DNA of 63,999 bases, filler included, from an uncultured Methanoregulaceae archaeon (GTDB taxonomy: Archaea; Halobacteriota; Methanomicrobia; Methanomicrobiales; Methanospirillaceae), in assembly GCA_964530035.1 (NCBI GenBank). It is 5 parts of 5 records of this genome, joined end to end, with 100 filler letters (N's around TTAATTAATTAA, not from the genome) between each part and the next. Parts side by side here need not be neighbours in the genome. Positions count along the whole stretch, not along the records: positions 43,141 to 57,219 come from CAZGXZ010000058.1; positions 57,320 to 63,999 come from CAZGXZ010000146.1; 3 more parts are not named here. One strand, written 5' to 3'. The translations under genes were made by a program, and so were the position numbers. The notes under the pieces are model-generated. The model saw only the letters and a program-made list of their open reading frames with translations. It was not told the origin of the DNA and did no database searches. Below, in pieces: positions 53,158 through 62,293 of this stretch; positions within the stretch are counted from its first letter, which is position 1; the number at the start of each line of letters is the position of its first letter.

Positions 53158-53286
53158 TAGATGATGAGGATTTCTCATAATAGGGTGTAGAGAATTGAAG
53201 ATAGGGAGAATCTGACAAACCCAAAACTGATCACATTCACCTCGCCTGCAGATCCTTCATAAACGATAAAACGAAAAGTCCCTTCC

Positions 53287-53727
53287 ATGGAAGAACAGGA
53301 CTCGGTCACCTGTTGCGGGTTGTGCTGCCTTGACTGCCACGGGTACAAGGGGAGGATTGCCGACCTCGCACGGGACCTCCGCAAGGAACTCCGTGCCGCC
53401 CGCTATGACATATTCGCGTCCTCACTTGCGAAATATCCGTTTGCTGCTGCATTCGGGCAGTACCCGGAGTGCTACGAGGTCCTGGGCCTGATGATGAAGT
53501 TCCGGTGCAAAAAAGGCTGCCGGGACGGGGGAGGCCCGCCAAATTGCGCCATCCGGACCTGTTGTTCTGACAAGGGAATCGAGGGCTGCTGGGAATGTCC
53601 AGATGCAGATACCTGTACCAAACTGGACTTCCTCAATGAAGTACATGGTGATGCCCACCGGAAGAACCTCCGTATTCTCGCACAAAAAGGCGTTTCAGGA
53701 TTCCTCAAGGGCAAACGGTATTATTAG
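53287..53727 (+). CDS. Cys-rich DUF3795-like protein
   Basis: CCGLCCLDC, C.KGCR, CAIRTCC..K.IEGCWEC..ADTC.KL. Confidence 0.8.
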   Translation: MEEQDSVTCCGLCCLDCHGYKGRIADLARDLRKELRAARYDIFASSLAKYPFAAAFGQYPECYEVLGLMMKFRCKKGCRDGGGPPNCAIRTCCSDKGIEGCWECPDADTCTKLDFLNEVHGDAHRKNLRILAQKGVSGFLKGKRYY

Positions 53728-54031
53728 GGAAAATTGCCCTCAAAGCCTGGCCGGCACCCCCCGGGACCGGTCGCAGAAAAAAGAAATGTCCCTGGAAACC
53801 GCGTCATTTATAGTATGGGGGGCCACGGGGCCGGGATTATGATGGCCATGTACCTCTACCTGCCGGCAATGACCCCTTCCGACCTCCGCCGGTACCAGGA
53901 ACGTCCTTTTACCACCTTACCGGCCCGTCTTGTCTATAGAGAGTCCATCGCTGCAGGCTGCCGCTGGGCTCAGACACTATTTTATAGACCCTGCCCCATT
54001 CCTTCCTCACTGAGCGTGTGATGAGGCCGGG

Positions 54032-56599
54032 ATGTACTGTATCCTCTTCGTCGACGATGAACCAAGCCTGCTCCACCTGAGCAAACTGTTCCTGGAACGA
54101 TCGGGCGATTTGTCGGTTGATACTTCCGAGACCGCAGCCGAAGCCTTGCAGTACCTGAATGCCCATATCCCCGACGCCGTGGTTTCAGATTACCAGATGC
54201 CCGGGATGGATGGCATCGCATTTTTGAAACGGGTCCGTTCACAATTCGGCGACGTCCCCTTCATCCTCTTCACCGGCCGTGGAAGGGAGGAGGTTGCTAT
54301 CGAGGCGCTCAACAGTGGTGCCGATTTTTACCTCCAGAAAGGAGGGGACCCGACCTCGCAGTTCGTTGAACTCAAACACAAGATCAGGATGGCGGTCGAA
54401 CGACGGAAGGCTGAGGAGGCGTTACGGCAGGAGACCGACTTCAACCATGCCATCTTCGACAGCGTGCCCGGGATCCTCTACCTCTATGACAGCAGCGGCC
54501 GGCTGGTCAGGTGGAATAAAAACCACGAGACGATCACCGGGTATTCAGGAGAAGAACTTGCCGGCCGCCACGTCTGCGACTGGTTTCCCGACCCGGCCGA
54601 CAGGGAGGCAGTCAGCGCCGGGATACGGCGTGCGATGGAGGAAGGCCAGGGGTCGGCCGAGGCAACCCTCGTCACCCGTTCCGGGGCAGAAATCCCCTTT
54701 TTCTTCACGGCCCGGCGGCTGCTCATCGATAACCAGGGATATTTCACCGGGATAGGCATCGACATCACCGAGAAACGGAAGACCGAGGAAGCACTCCACG
54801 TTAGCGAAGAGATGTTCCGGGGGATATCCGAACGGAGTTCCGACCTGATTTACATGGAGGACCGGAACAGGGTTATCACGTATGTCTCACCGTCGGTGGA
54901 ACGAATCCTCGGGTACATGCCTGATGAAATAACCGGAAAAAAAGGAGAATCATTCGTCCTGCCGGAAGACATGCAGAAGATCCAGGAAAGAAGGGATATC
55001 CGGCGAAAAGGAGGAAAACCCGAAATCCTTGAGGTCCGGGCAAAAAGGAAGGACGGTTCGGTTGCCGTGCTGGACCTCCAGGCCATCCCTGTTGTCAGGA
55101 ACGGTGAGTTCCAGGGATTCCAGGTGATCGGCAGGGATGTTACCGAGCGGCGCAGGACCGAACAGCTGCAAAAGGAAAGCGAGGAGATATACCGCACCCT
55201 CGCGGAAAACCTGCCGGAGTTCGTGATTGTGCACCGCGGGGGGACCATCCTTTATGCCAACCGGATCTCAGCCCAGGTTACCGGCATCAGGCAGGAAGAC
55301 CTGGTCGGGCGGTCGATCTTCGAGTTCGTCGCACCGGAGAGCCGGGACCTCGTGGTCGACCGGATGAATCTGCGGGGAAAAGGCAAGCCGACCGGGTGGA
55401 ACGAAATAGGTATCATTCCCCGGGCAGGAGAGCACCGGGTCGCGCTCGTGAACTCGATTGAAATCCCCTACCTGGGGTCGCCGGCCGTCCTCGTCGTCAT
55501 GAGCGATATTACGGCTCACAAGGACCTCGAAGCCTCCCTGCGGGAGAGCGAGGAACGCTTCCGGGTACTCAGCGAACAGTCCCTGGACACGATCATGCTT
55601 TTCGACCCGGAGCTGCGGCACCTGTATGTCAACCCGGCGGTGGAGAAGGGACTTGGGATCCCGCCCGCGGACTTTATCGGAAAGACCCACGCGGAGATGG
55701 GATTTCCTGAGCACCTGGTCCGGCTGTGGGAAGAATCCCTCGAACAGGTCTTCATAACCAACACGCCTCTCGAGGTGGAGTTCCAGGTCCCAAACGGAGC
55801 CTGGGTCCACTGGCTCCTGTCTCCGGTCAACGGTCCTGACGGCGGGGTGGCCCAGGTCCTTGGATCAGCGCGAGACATCACGAAACTCAAGATGACCGAA
55901 GAAACGCTCAGGAGGGCCAACCGCCAGATCAACATCCTCAATGCGATAACCCGGCATGATATCCTCAACCAGATCACCCTGATGCAGGGCTGCATCGCTT
56001 TGATGAAGGAAAATGCCCGGGGGACGACCTGGGAGGAGGAGGAATTATCCCAGCTGGAGTCGGCGACCGAGAGGATCCGCGACCAGATCGGGTTCACCAG
56101 TATCTATGAGGACATCGGATCCAGCGAACCCCGGTGGCAGGACGTGGCAGCCGTGGTTGGCCGTAAACCGGCCCGGCAGGGGATTTCCGTCATAACGGAC
56201 CTGGGCCGCCTCGAGGTCTTCGCCGATCCCATGCTTGAAAAGGTCTTTTACAACCTCATGGACAACTCGGCACGACACGGGGGGCCCGTTGACACCATCA
56301 GGGTTAGTGCTGAAGAAACACCTGATGGGTGCATCATCCGGTTCGAGGACAATGGAAACGGTATCCCCGATGACCAGAAGGAAAAAATATTCGAATGGGG
56401 CTTTGGGAAGAACACCGGTCTCGGGCTCTTTCTTGTCCGGGAGATCCTTGCGATAACGGGTATCACCATCCATGAAACCGGAAAAGCAGGTCTGGGTGCC
56501 CGTTTTGAAATGCTCGTGCCCCCCGGGTCATACCGTTTTGAAGACGGGTCGGACGAAGAAAGCCCCTTGCCACTTTTTTCAGATAAACCCGGTGGATAG
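54032..56599 (+). CDS. Hybrid REC - 4xPAS - histidine kinase
   Basis: ILFVDDE, SDYQMPGMDG, GADFYLQKGG; four PAS/PAC units; H-box TRHDILNQ; EDNGNGIP; GLGLFL. Confidence 0.93.
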   Translation: MYCILFVDDEPSLLHLSKLFLERSGDLSVDTSETAAEALQYLNAHIPDAVVSDYQMPGMDGIAFLKRVRSQFGDVPFILFTGRGREEVAIEALNSGADFYLQKGGDPTSQFVELKHKIRMAVERRKAEEALRQETDFNHAIFDSVPGILYLYDSSGRLVRWNKNHETITGYSGEELAGRHVCDWFPDPADREAVSAGIRRAMEEGQGSAEATLVTRSGAEIPFFFTARRLLIDNQGYFTGIGIDITEKRKTEEALHVSEEMFRGISERSSDLIYMEDRNRVITYVSPSVERILGYMPDEITGKKGESFVLPEDMQKIQERRDIRRKGGKPEILEVRAKRKDGSVAVLDLQAIPVVRNGEFQGFQVIGRDVTERRRTEQLQKESEEIYRTLAENLPEFVIVHRGGTILYANRISAQVTGIRQEDLVGRSIFEFVAPESRDLVVDRMNLRGKGKPTGWNEIGIIPRAGEHRVALVNSIEIPYLGSPAVLVVMSDITAHKDLEASLRESEERFRVLSEQSLDTIMLFDPELRHLYVNPAVEKGLGIPPADFIGKTHAEMGFPEHLVRLWEESLEQVFITNTPLEVEFQVPNGAWVHWLLSPVNGPDGGVAQVLGSARDITKLKMTEETLRRANRQINILNAITRHDILNQITLMQGCIALMKENARGTTWEEEELSQLESATERIRDQIGFTSIYEDIGSSEPRWQDVAAVVGRKPARQGISVITDLGRLEVFADPMLEKVFYNLMDNSARHGGPVDTIRVSAEETPDGCIIRFEDNGNGIPDDQKEKIFEWGFGKNTGLGLFLVREILAITGITIHETGKAGLGARFEMLVPPGSYRFEDGSDEESPLPLFSDKPGG

Positions 56600-57006
56600 T
56601 GGCTTAAGGAATTCACGGCCCTTTCCGGGTGAACCGGTTGGCGGACGGGTCCCGGGTCCATCGACCAGTGCGTCTTCCGCTTTGCTCTCTCTGCCTGGTG
56701 GTCCGGGAACCTGTTGGACGGGGGAAAAATCATTCATGTTCTTTTCGACGTTGGAAGGCCGTTTCAGGCATGCGGAGATGAAAGGATGATAAAAGGAATA
56801 ACCAGGTGGTCGAAATGAGCCAGGTATTCAGGATGCTCTCCTGGGAGGATGGACACCCCGGATGGATACATCCGGGTCGAAACAAGGGAACCCGGTTTCA
56901 TGTCCACACGTTCTGTTCTCTCATGGCTTTCATTTTTTCACGGGTTGTATGAACGATCGTATCTCCCGGTCGTTGCATACCGGAACACCAGGGAAAAAAA
57001 CCCGGT

Positions 57007-57219
57007 TCACGCGGCTTTCCTCATGAACCTGTCCCGGTAAAAAGGGTTCTGGCTGAGGTACAGGGCTGCGACAGGGTTGTGGCCAAGTGCCCGGTCCTTC
57101 ACGATAAGGGGGGTTGTCTCTCCCTTGCAGGAACGGAGGAACAGGATGTCATGTCCGACACACAGTCCGACCATGAGGTTCAGGTCGGTTTTTTCGCGGT
57201 TGAGCACTTCGGCCTGCAT
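57007..57219 (-). CDS. DUF1847-like metal-binding protein, 3' fragment
   Basis: QAEVLN...[17 protein letters not shown]...[13 protein letters not shown]. Confidence 0.8.
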   Translation of the reverse strand: MQAEVLNREKTDLNLMVGLCVGHDILFLRSCKGETTPLIVKDRALGHNPVAALYLSQNPFYRDRFMRKAA

Positions 57220-57319
57220 NNNNNNNNNNNNNNNNNNNNNNNNNNNNNNNNNNNNNNNNNNNNTTAATTAATTAANNNNNNNNNNNNNNNNNNNNNNNNN
57301 NNNNNNNNNNNNNNNNNNN
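57220..57319. other. Artificial contig linker
   Basis: N-TTAATTAATTAA-N, 100 nt. Confidence 0.98.
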
Positions 57320-58028
57320 CGTTGACGACCCATCCCGGGCATTTCGGATCGGTCCCGGGATCGCAGGTCTCCAGGAACCGCAGGTATTCCCCGGGATCCA
57401 TCGAGAGATCCGTCTTGTTGATAACGAGTGGGTCCAGCCCGGAAGGAGAGTAAAGGGGGGCCCTGCCCGGTAGGAGCAGCAGTGTCCCTCCGCTGGTTGC
57501 GGTATCTGAAAAGGTCCTCCGGTCGATCCAGACCTTTCCTGAATGCAAATCCCTGGACTGGCGGCATGCACGGTATTCCGGAGAGATGTAATAATAGTCT
57601 TCCCAGGTACCCGCCGGGACTGCCGTCCTGTCCGGTACCGTGTAGCAGCGGGAATACGGGCGCGTTGAAAAATTTTGGACCCAGAATGCCTGGTTATCAG
57701 CCTCTCCTTCGAGATCGCACCAGTCAATATGGGTGTACTGCATGTAATACGGCTCGTAAACGGGGCAGCCGTACCTGGTGCACTGTGCGGAATAATGGAA
57801 GACCAGGTCCGGTTCATACGAATCCGGGGACCGGGTGACCGGGGGATATGATGGGGTATACCCGTAGCAGTTGACCGAGTAATGCACGGTCCCGTTGTAC
57901 GGTGCCCCGTCCTTCTCGAAAAAGACGTGGGTTGTTGCAGGTATGATAAGGTCGGATATGACAGGAAACGCCAGCAGGCAGACAGTACAGAGGCACCCGC
58001 ATATCCTCATCCAGAGACGCTGCACCAT
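57320..58028 (-). CDS. Secreted Cys/Tyr-rich hypothetical protein, truncated by contig end
   Basis: Hydrophobic signal-like N-terminus; PATTHVFFEKDGAPYNGTVHYSVNCYG. Confidence 0.55.
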
Positions 58029-58549
58029 AGTATTCCCGGGATAATGCATACCATGTCCATGCTGAATACCAGGGGGATTTCCTTTCATCCGCAATGTCAG
58101 GGTCCATTACGGTCAGACCGGCAAGGAAATACCTTTTTAATTTTTCGTATGAATAATTACTATTATACTATACAATAATCAGGATGCCGGTAGACACGAG
58201 AGTAAGCAGACAGGGAGTGGTTGCTGTAATACCGGGGCCTCCACCCCGCCATGGTTAAAGTGGGTACATAGGAGATAGGTCATAATATCATACAAAATGG
58301 TAACAATGAGTAAAACAAAATAGTAATTTTTATACACTCATCCAGTACAGTACACCTGGGTACCCTTCCGGAACCACCAGTCAGGGATGCGGGCAACAAG
58401 CAGTACCATGCCGCCGCCGGGAAGGGTCCCGACCATTCACGCGACAGTACCATCGTTCTCTTTGCCGACCGTTGCACGTCCTCAAGGTAAACCCGGGGCC
58501 CGGGTGATGGGCCCGTCTCCTCACTTTATTCTTACGCTAAAAAAAATTA

Positions 58550-58569
58550 TTAGCACGAAATCATGCTAA
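58550..58569. promoter_or_regulatory. Candidate operator upstream of the ABC-cobN operon
   Basis: TTAGCACG-AAAT-CATGCTAA (7/8 inverted repeat) in an AT-rich promoter region. Confidence 0.4.
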
Positions 58570-58636
58570 ACAAAATCTTTTATCTCATTCGTGGACGATA
58601 CTGTACAACTTGTAGTATCATTTCAGGAGACCCCGC

Positions 58637-59176
58637 ATGCCTTTCACACCACCCTCCCTGCCGGCATCCCCCCGGCGGGCATTCCTGCCAGCCATGCTCC
58701 TGGCATCCGTCCTCATCGCCGCAGTCCTCCTCGGGTCACCGGCAACCGCCGCGGAAGTGACCCGCAGTGTCGTGGTCGACCCGTCAACCGGCGATGCAAC
58801 CATCACCCTCACGGTGCAGGGCCTCGTGGACGGAGGCGTCGCAGAGGTCCTGCCCGACGGGTGGCAGTTCAAACGGTCAGGCGAGATGGGACGGGTCAAA
58901 AATGATGGGAAAACGGTCGCGGTCAGGGTCAGGGACTCCGCACCCATAACGTACGTGGTAACAACCGGCGGCCACCCTGAAGGGACGGTATCGGGGTTCT
59001 GGGAGGACTATGCAACGATGACGAACGGGACGGTCCTGGGCGGGGCCCCGGGACAGGGACCGGCACCGGTACAGACGAAAACGTCCCCAGGCTTTTCCGT
59101 GACGGTCATGCTGGCATCCCTCGGTCTCGCCCTGTGCGTCCTCTGCCTGGGACGAAAGGAGGTGGTCCGGCCATGA
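58637..59176 (+). CDS. Small secreted beta-sandwich protein with PGF-CTERM sorting signal
   Basis: Signal peptide ending ATA|AEV; C-terminal TSPGF + TM helix + RK. Confidence 0.8.
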   Translation: MPFTPPSLPASPRRAFLPAMLLASVLIAAVLLGSPATAAEVTRSVVVDPSTGDATITLTVQGLVDGGVAEVLPDGWQFKRSGEMGRVKNDGKTVAVRVRDSAPITYVVTTGGHPEGTVSGFWEDYATMTNGTVLGGAPGQGPAPVQTKTSPGFSVTVMLASLGLALCVLCLGRKEVVRP

Positions 59177-60423
59177 ACAGCCGGCATGTCCTCGCCCTTG
59201 CAGGCATCCTGGCCCTCGTCCTGCTCATACCCCAGGTCAGCGTGGCGGAGCAGGCCGCCGTCCCCCATTCCGGCCCCATGCTGGTCGATACCAGCGGTGA
59301 CGGCCGCATCACGGCAGCGGAACTCGATTCCGCAGTCCTCGACCACCTGGTCCGCCTCGGAAACAACCGGGCGTCCCCCTATGCAACCGTGGACCTCGCG
59401 GATGCCTCCTACGTCGTCTCGTACCGGAACGGCACCCCGGCGAGGGTCGTCGACTCGGCCGGGAACGTCCATGTCGTCTACCGCCCGCCGGGACGGGTCA
59501 TCGTCTTTGACGGCTCGACCTACGAGACCCTCCGGTCCCTGAATGTCAGCCATGACCGGGTCATCGGGGTCTCGAAGTACTTCCTCGAGGACCCGGTCTT
59601 CTACCCCGAGCTGAAGGGTACGGCAACGGTCGGTTCGGTCTGGGCCCCGGAGATGGAGGCCGTGGTCTCCCTCAGGCCCGACGCGGTCTTCCTCTACGCG
59701 AACACGAGCAAGAAGGACTGTGACGCCATAGAAGCGCAGGTCCACCAGTACCTGCCCGGGACGGAGGTGTACCGGTTCGAATGCTTCAAGCCGGACACCT
59801 ACATGGAGGAAGTCGGTAAAATCGCCGAAATCTTCAACCACCAGGCAGACGGCGAACGGTTCACCCGGTTCTACCTCTCGGTGATGGGCCCCATAGCCGA
59901 CGCCGTTTCGAAGATGCCCGAAGAGAAGAAGGTGCCTGTCTACTTCGAGTCCTGGAACGAGTACAAGAGCGCCGCGAACGGGTCGGGGTACCACGAGAAG
60001 ATCGTCCTTGCCGGGGGGCACAACCTGTTCGGGACCCTCCCCAACCCCTACCCGGTGATCGACCCTGAGGCCGTCCTCAAGGCCCGCCCGGAGGTCATCA
60101 TCAAGCAGATAGGGGCGGGCGAGACGAAGGTCGGGGGGTATACAACGAATGACGTTGCGCCATTTGCGGAGGTGAAGCAGAAACTCCTCGCGAGGACCGG
60201 CTGGGACCAGCTCCCGGCGGTGAAAGAAGACCGTGTCTATGTTGTCCACAGCGACATCCTCGGCTCCTCGTCCCATTTCATCGGCGTCGCCTACCTGGCG
60301 AAATGGTTCTACCCTGACCTCTTCCCCGGCCTCGACCCCCAGGCCGTGCACCAGCAGTACCTCACCGGGTTCCAGAGGGTCCCGGTCACCATCTCCCGGC
60401 AGGGGGCGTTCACATATCATTGA
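59173..60423 (+). CDS. Iron/cobalamin-type ABC substrate-binding protein with N-terminal EF-hand/dockerin-like module
   Basis: Signal peptide without lipobox Cys; DTSGDGRITAAE loop; VVDSAG...RVIV, LPAVKEDRVY, AKWFYPDLF. Confidence 0.88.
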   Translation: MNSRHVLALAGILALVLLIPQVSVAEQAAVPHSGPMLVDTSGDGRITAAELDSAVLDHLVRLGNNRASPYATVDLADASYVVSYRNGTPARVVDSAGNVHVVYRPPGRVIVFDGSTYETLRSLNVSHDRVIGVSKYFLEDPVFYPELKGTATVGSVWAPEMEAVVSLRPDAVFLYANTSKKDCDAIEAQVHQYLPGTEVYRFECFKPDTYMEEVGKIAEIFNHQADGERFTRFYLSVMGPIADAVSKMPEEKKVPVYFESWNEYKSAANGSGYHEKIVLAGGHNLFGTLPNPYPVIDPEAVLKARPEVIIKQIGAGETKVGGYTTNDVAPFAEVKQKLLARTGWDQLPAVKEDRVYVVHSDILGSSSHFIGVAYLAKWFYPDLFPGLDPQAVHQQYLTGFQRVPVTISRQGAFTYH

Positions 60424-61514
60424 AGGGAAAGGAGCCTGACAACGGCACGACGGCTGCCGGGCTGCACGGGGAGATGGCCCGCCAGTACGGGAAGGCCAGG
60501 TACCGGAAGGTCCTCATCATCGCGGGACTCCTCGTCATGCTCGTGGCACTGGTCGGGACCGGGGTCACGATCGGCTCGGCCGGCCTCCCGGTCACCGAGG
60601 TCTACACGGTTATCGCCGGCCACCTCTTCCCCGGCCTCTTCCCGGTCGACCCGTTCAGCGACACCATCGTCTTCGGCCTCCGCCTGCACCGGGTCCTCTT
60701 CGGGGTGGCAGCCGGGTTCGCGCTTGCCGTCTGCGGCGCAGTGATGCAGGGGACCCTGCGGAACCCGCTTGCAAGCCCGTTCACGCTCGGGATCGCCTCG
60801 GCGGCATCGTTCGGGGCGTCGCTTGCCATCATCCTTGGCATCGGCTTCGCGAACAGCCGCGACCTCGTCGTCATCAACGCCTTTATATTCACCCTGCTTG
60901 CGTCCTTCGGGATCTACGCCCTCGCAAAGGCACGCGGCATGACCGCGGAGACGATGGTCCTTGCGGGGATCATGCTCATGTACCTCTTCTCGGCGATGAC
61001 CTCGTTCCTTCAGTTCTTCGGGACGGCGGAGCAGAACCAGGAGATCGTGTTCTGGGCGTTCGGGAGCCTGAACAGGACGACGTGGGAGAGCCTCGCGATC
61101 CTCCTCGTCATCCTCGCGGTCACCCTCCCGTACATCCTCTTAAAGTCCTGGGACATCAATGCGATCACCGAGGGCGACGAGGTCGCGACGAGCCTCGGGG
61201 TCCGGGTGGACCGGGTACGGACGGTCCTGATGCTCGCCGTCTCGCTCATCACGGCCGCGGTCATCAGCTTCACCGGGACCATCGGGTTCATCGGGCTGGT
61301 CGCCCCCCACATCACCCGCATGGCCATCGGCGGGGACTACCGGTTTCTCATCCCGGCCGCCGGCCTGACCGGAGCCGTCCTCCTCTCGGGCTCTGACGCC
61401 ATCTCCCGGGTCATCATCCCGGGCGAGGTCGTCCCGGTCGGCATCATCACGGCGTTCATCGGCATCCCGTTTTTCACCTATCTGTTCATGAAAAGGAGGC
61501 AGGAATTTTGGTAA
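60420..61514 (+). CDS. FecCD/BtuC-family ABC permease
   Basis: LRNPLASPFTLGIAS, GTIGFIGLVAPH, GIPFF. Confidence 0.93.
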   Translation: MKGKEPDNGTTAAGLHGEMARQYGKARYRKVLIIAGLLVMLVALVGTGVTIGSAGLPVTEVYTVIAGHLFPGLFPVDPFSDTIVFGLRLHRVLFGVAAGFALAVCGAVMQGTLRNPLASPFTLGIASAASFGASLAIILGIGFANSRDLVVINAFIFTLLASFGIYALAKARGMTAETMVLAGIMLMYLFSAMTSFLQFFGTAEQNQEIVFWAFGSLNRTTWESLAILLVILAVTLPYILLKSWDINAITEGDEVATSLGVRVDRVRTVLMLAVSLITAAVISFTGTIGFIGLVAPHITRMAIGGDYRFLIPAAGLTGAVLLSGSDAISRVIIPGEVVPVGIITAFIGIPFFTYLFMKRRQEFW

Positions 61515-62293
61515 CTTTGACCGTGCGGGGGGTCAGCTTCACCTACCCGTCGAGGAAGGTTTTACAGGACATCACCCTTGCAGGAAACGGTGGTGAGATC
61601 ATCGGTCTGGTCGGTCCGAACGGGTCGGGAAAGACCACGCTCATCAAGTGCATCGACCGGATCATCCCGTCCACGGGCACGGTCCTTATCGACGGAAAGG
61701 ACACCGCCGCGATGGACCGGCGCGAACTCGCCAGGCAGATGGGCTACGTCCCGCAGGGGGTCGCCGGCAGGCCGGCAGCGACCATCTTTGACGTCGTCCT
61801 CATGGGCCGGAGCCCGCACATCAGGTTCGGGGTCCAGGACCCGGACATCCGCAAGGTCCACGAGGTCCTCGGCCTCCTCGGCCTGGAACCCTTCGCCTTC
61901 CGGGACTTTTTCGAGACGAGCGGGGGTGAGCGCCAGAAGGTCCTGATCGCCCGGGCGCTCTGCCAGGAGCCGTCGGTCCTCCTCCTCGACGAACCGACGA
62001 GCGCCCTTGACCTGCGGCACCAGATCGGGGTCATGGAGGTGATCCGCTCCCTGGCGAGCGACCACGGGATCGCGGTGATCATCGCCATCCACGACCTCAA
62101 CCTCGCGTCCCGGTACTGTGACCGCCTGGTGCTCTTAAAGGACGGGAAGATCCATATCGAGGGGCCGCCCCCGGAGGTCCTGAACGAGGAGATCATCAGG
62201 GAGGTGTACGGGGTCGAGTCGGTGGTGCGGAGGGACGCGGAGTTCCTGTACGTGATCGCCCTGCGTGAGACGGGCGGGAGGGCCCGGGCATGA
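61508..62293 (+). CDS. ABC ATP-binding protein
   Basis: GPNGSGKTT, SGGERQK, LLDEPTSALD, IHDLNLA. Confidence 0.93.
   Translation: MVTLTVRGVSFTYPSRKVLQDITLAGNGGEIIGLVGPNGSGKTTLIKCIDRIIPSTGTVLIDGKDTAAMDRRELARQMGYVPQGVAGRPAATIFDVVLMGRSPHIRFGVQDPDIRKVHEVLGLLGLEPFAFRDFFETSGGERQKVLIARALCQEPSVLLLDEPTSALDLRHQIGVMEVIRSLASDHGIAVIIAIHDLNLASRYCDRLVLLKDGKIHIEGPPPEVLNEEIIREVYGVESVVRRDAEFLYVIALRETGGRARA

Noticed and set aside
58550..58569. CIRCE element
   Set aside because: CIRCE is TTAGCACTC-N9-GAGTGCTAA; arm length and spacing differ and downstream genes are not chaperones
59008..60420. Long antisense ORFs (also 8925-10406, 29069-30194, 32250-33104, 50253-51143)
   Set aside because: Shadows of GC-rich sense genes with no recognisable motifs
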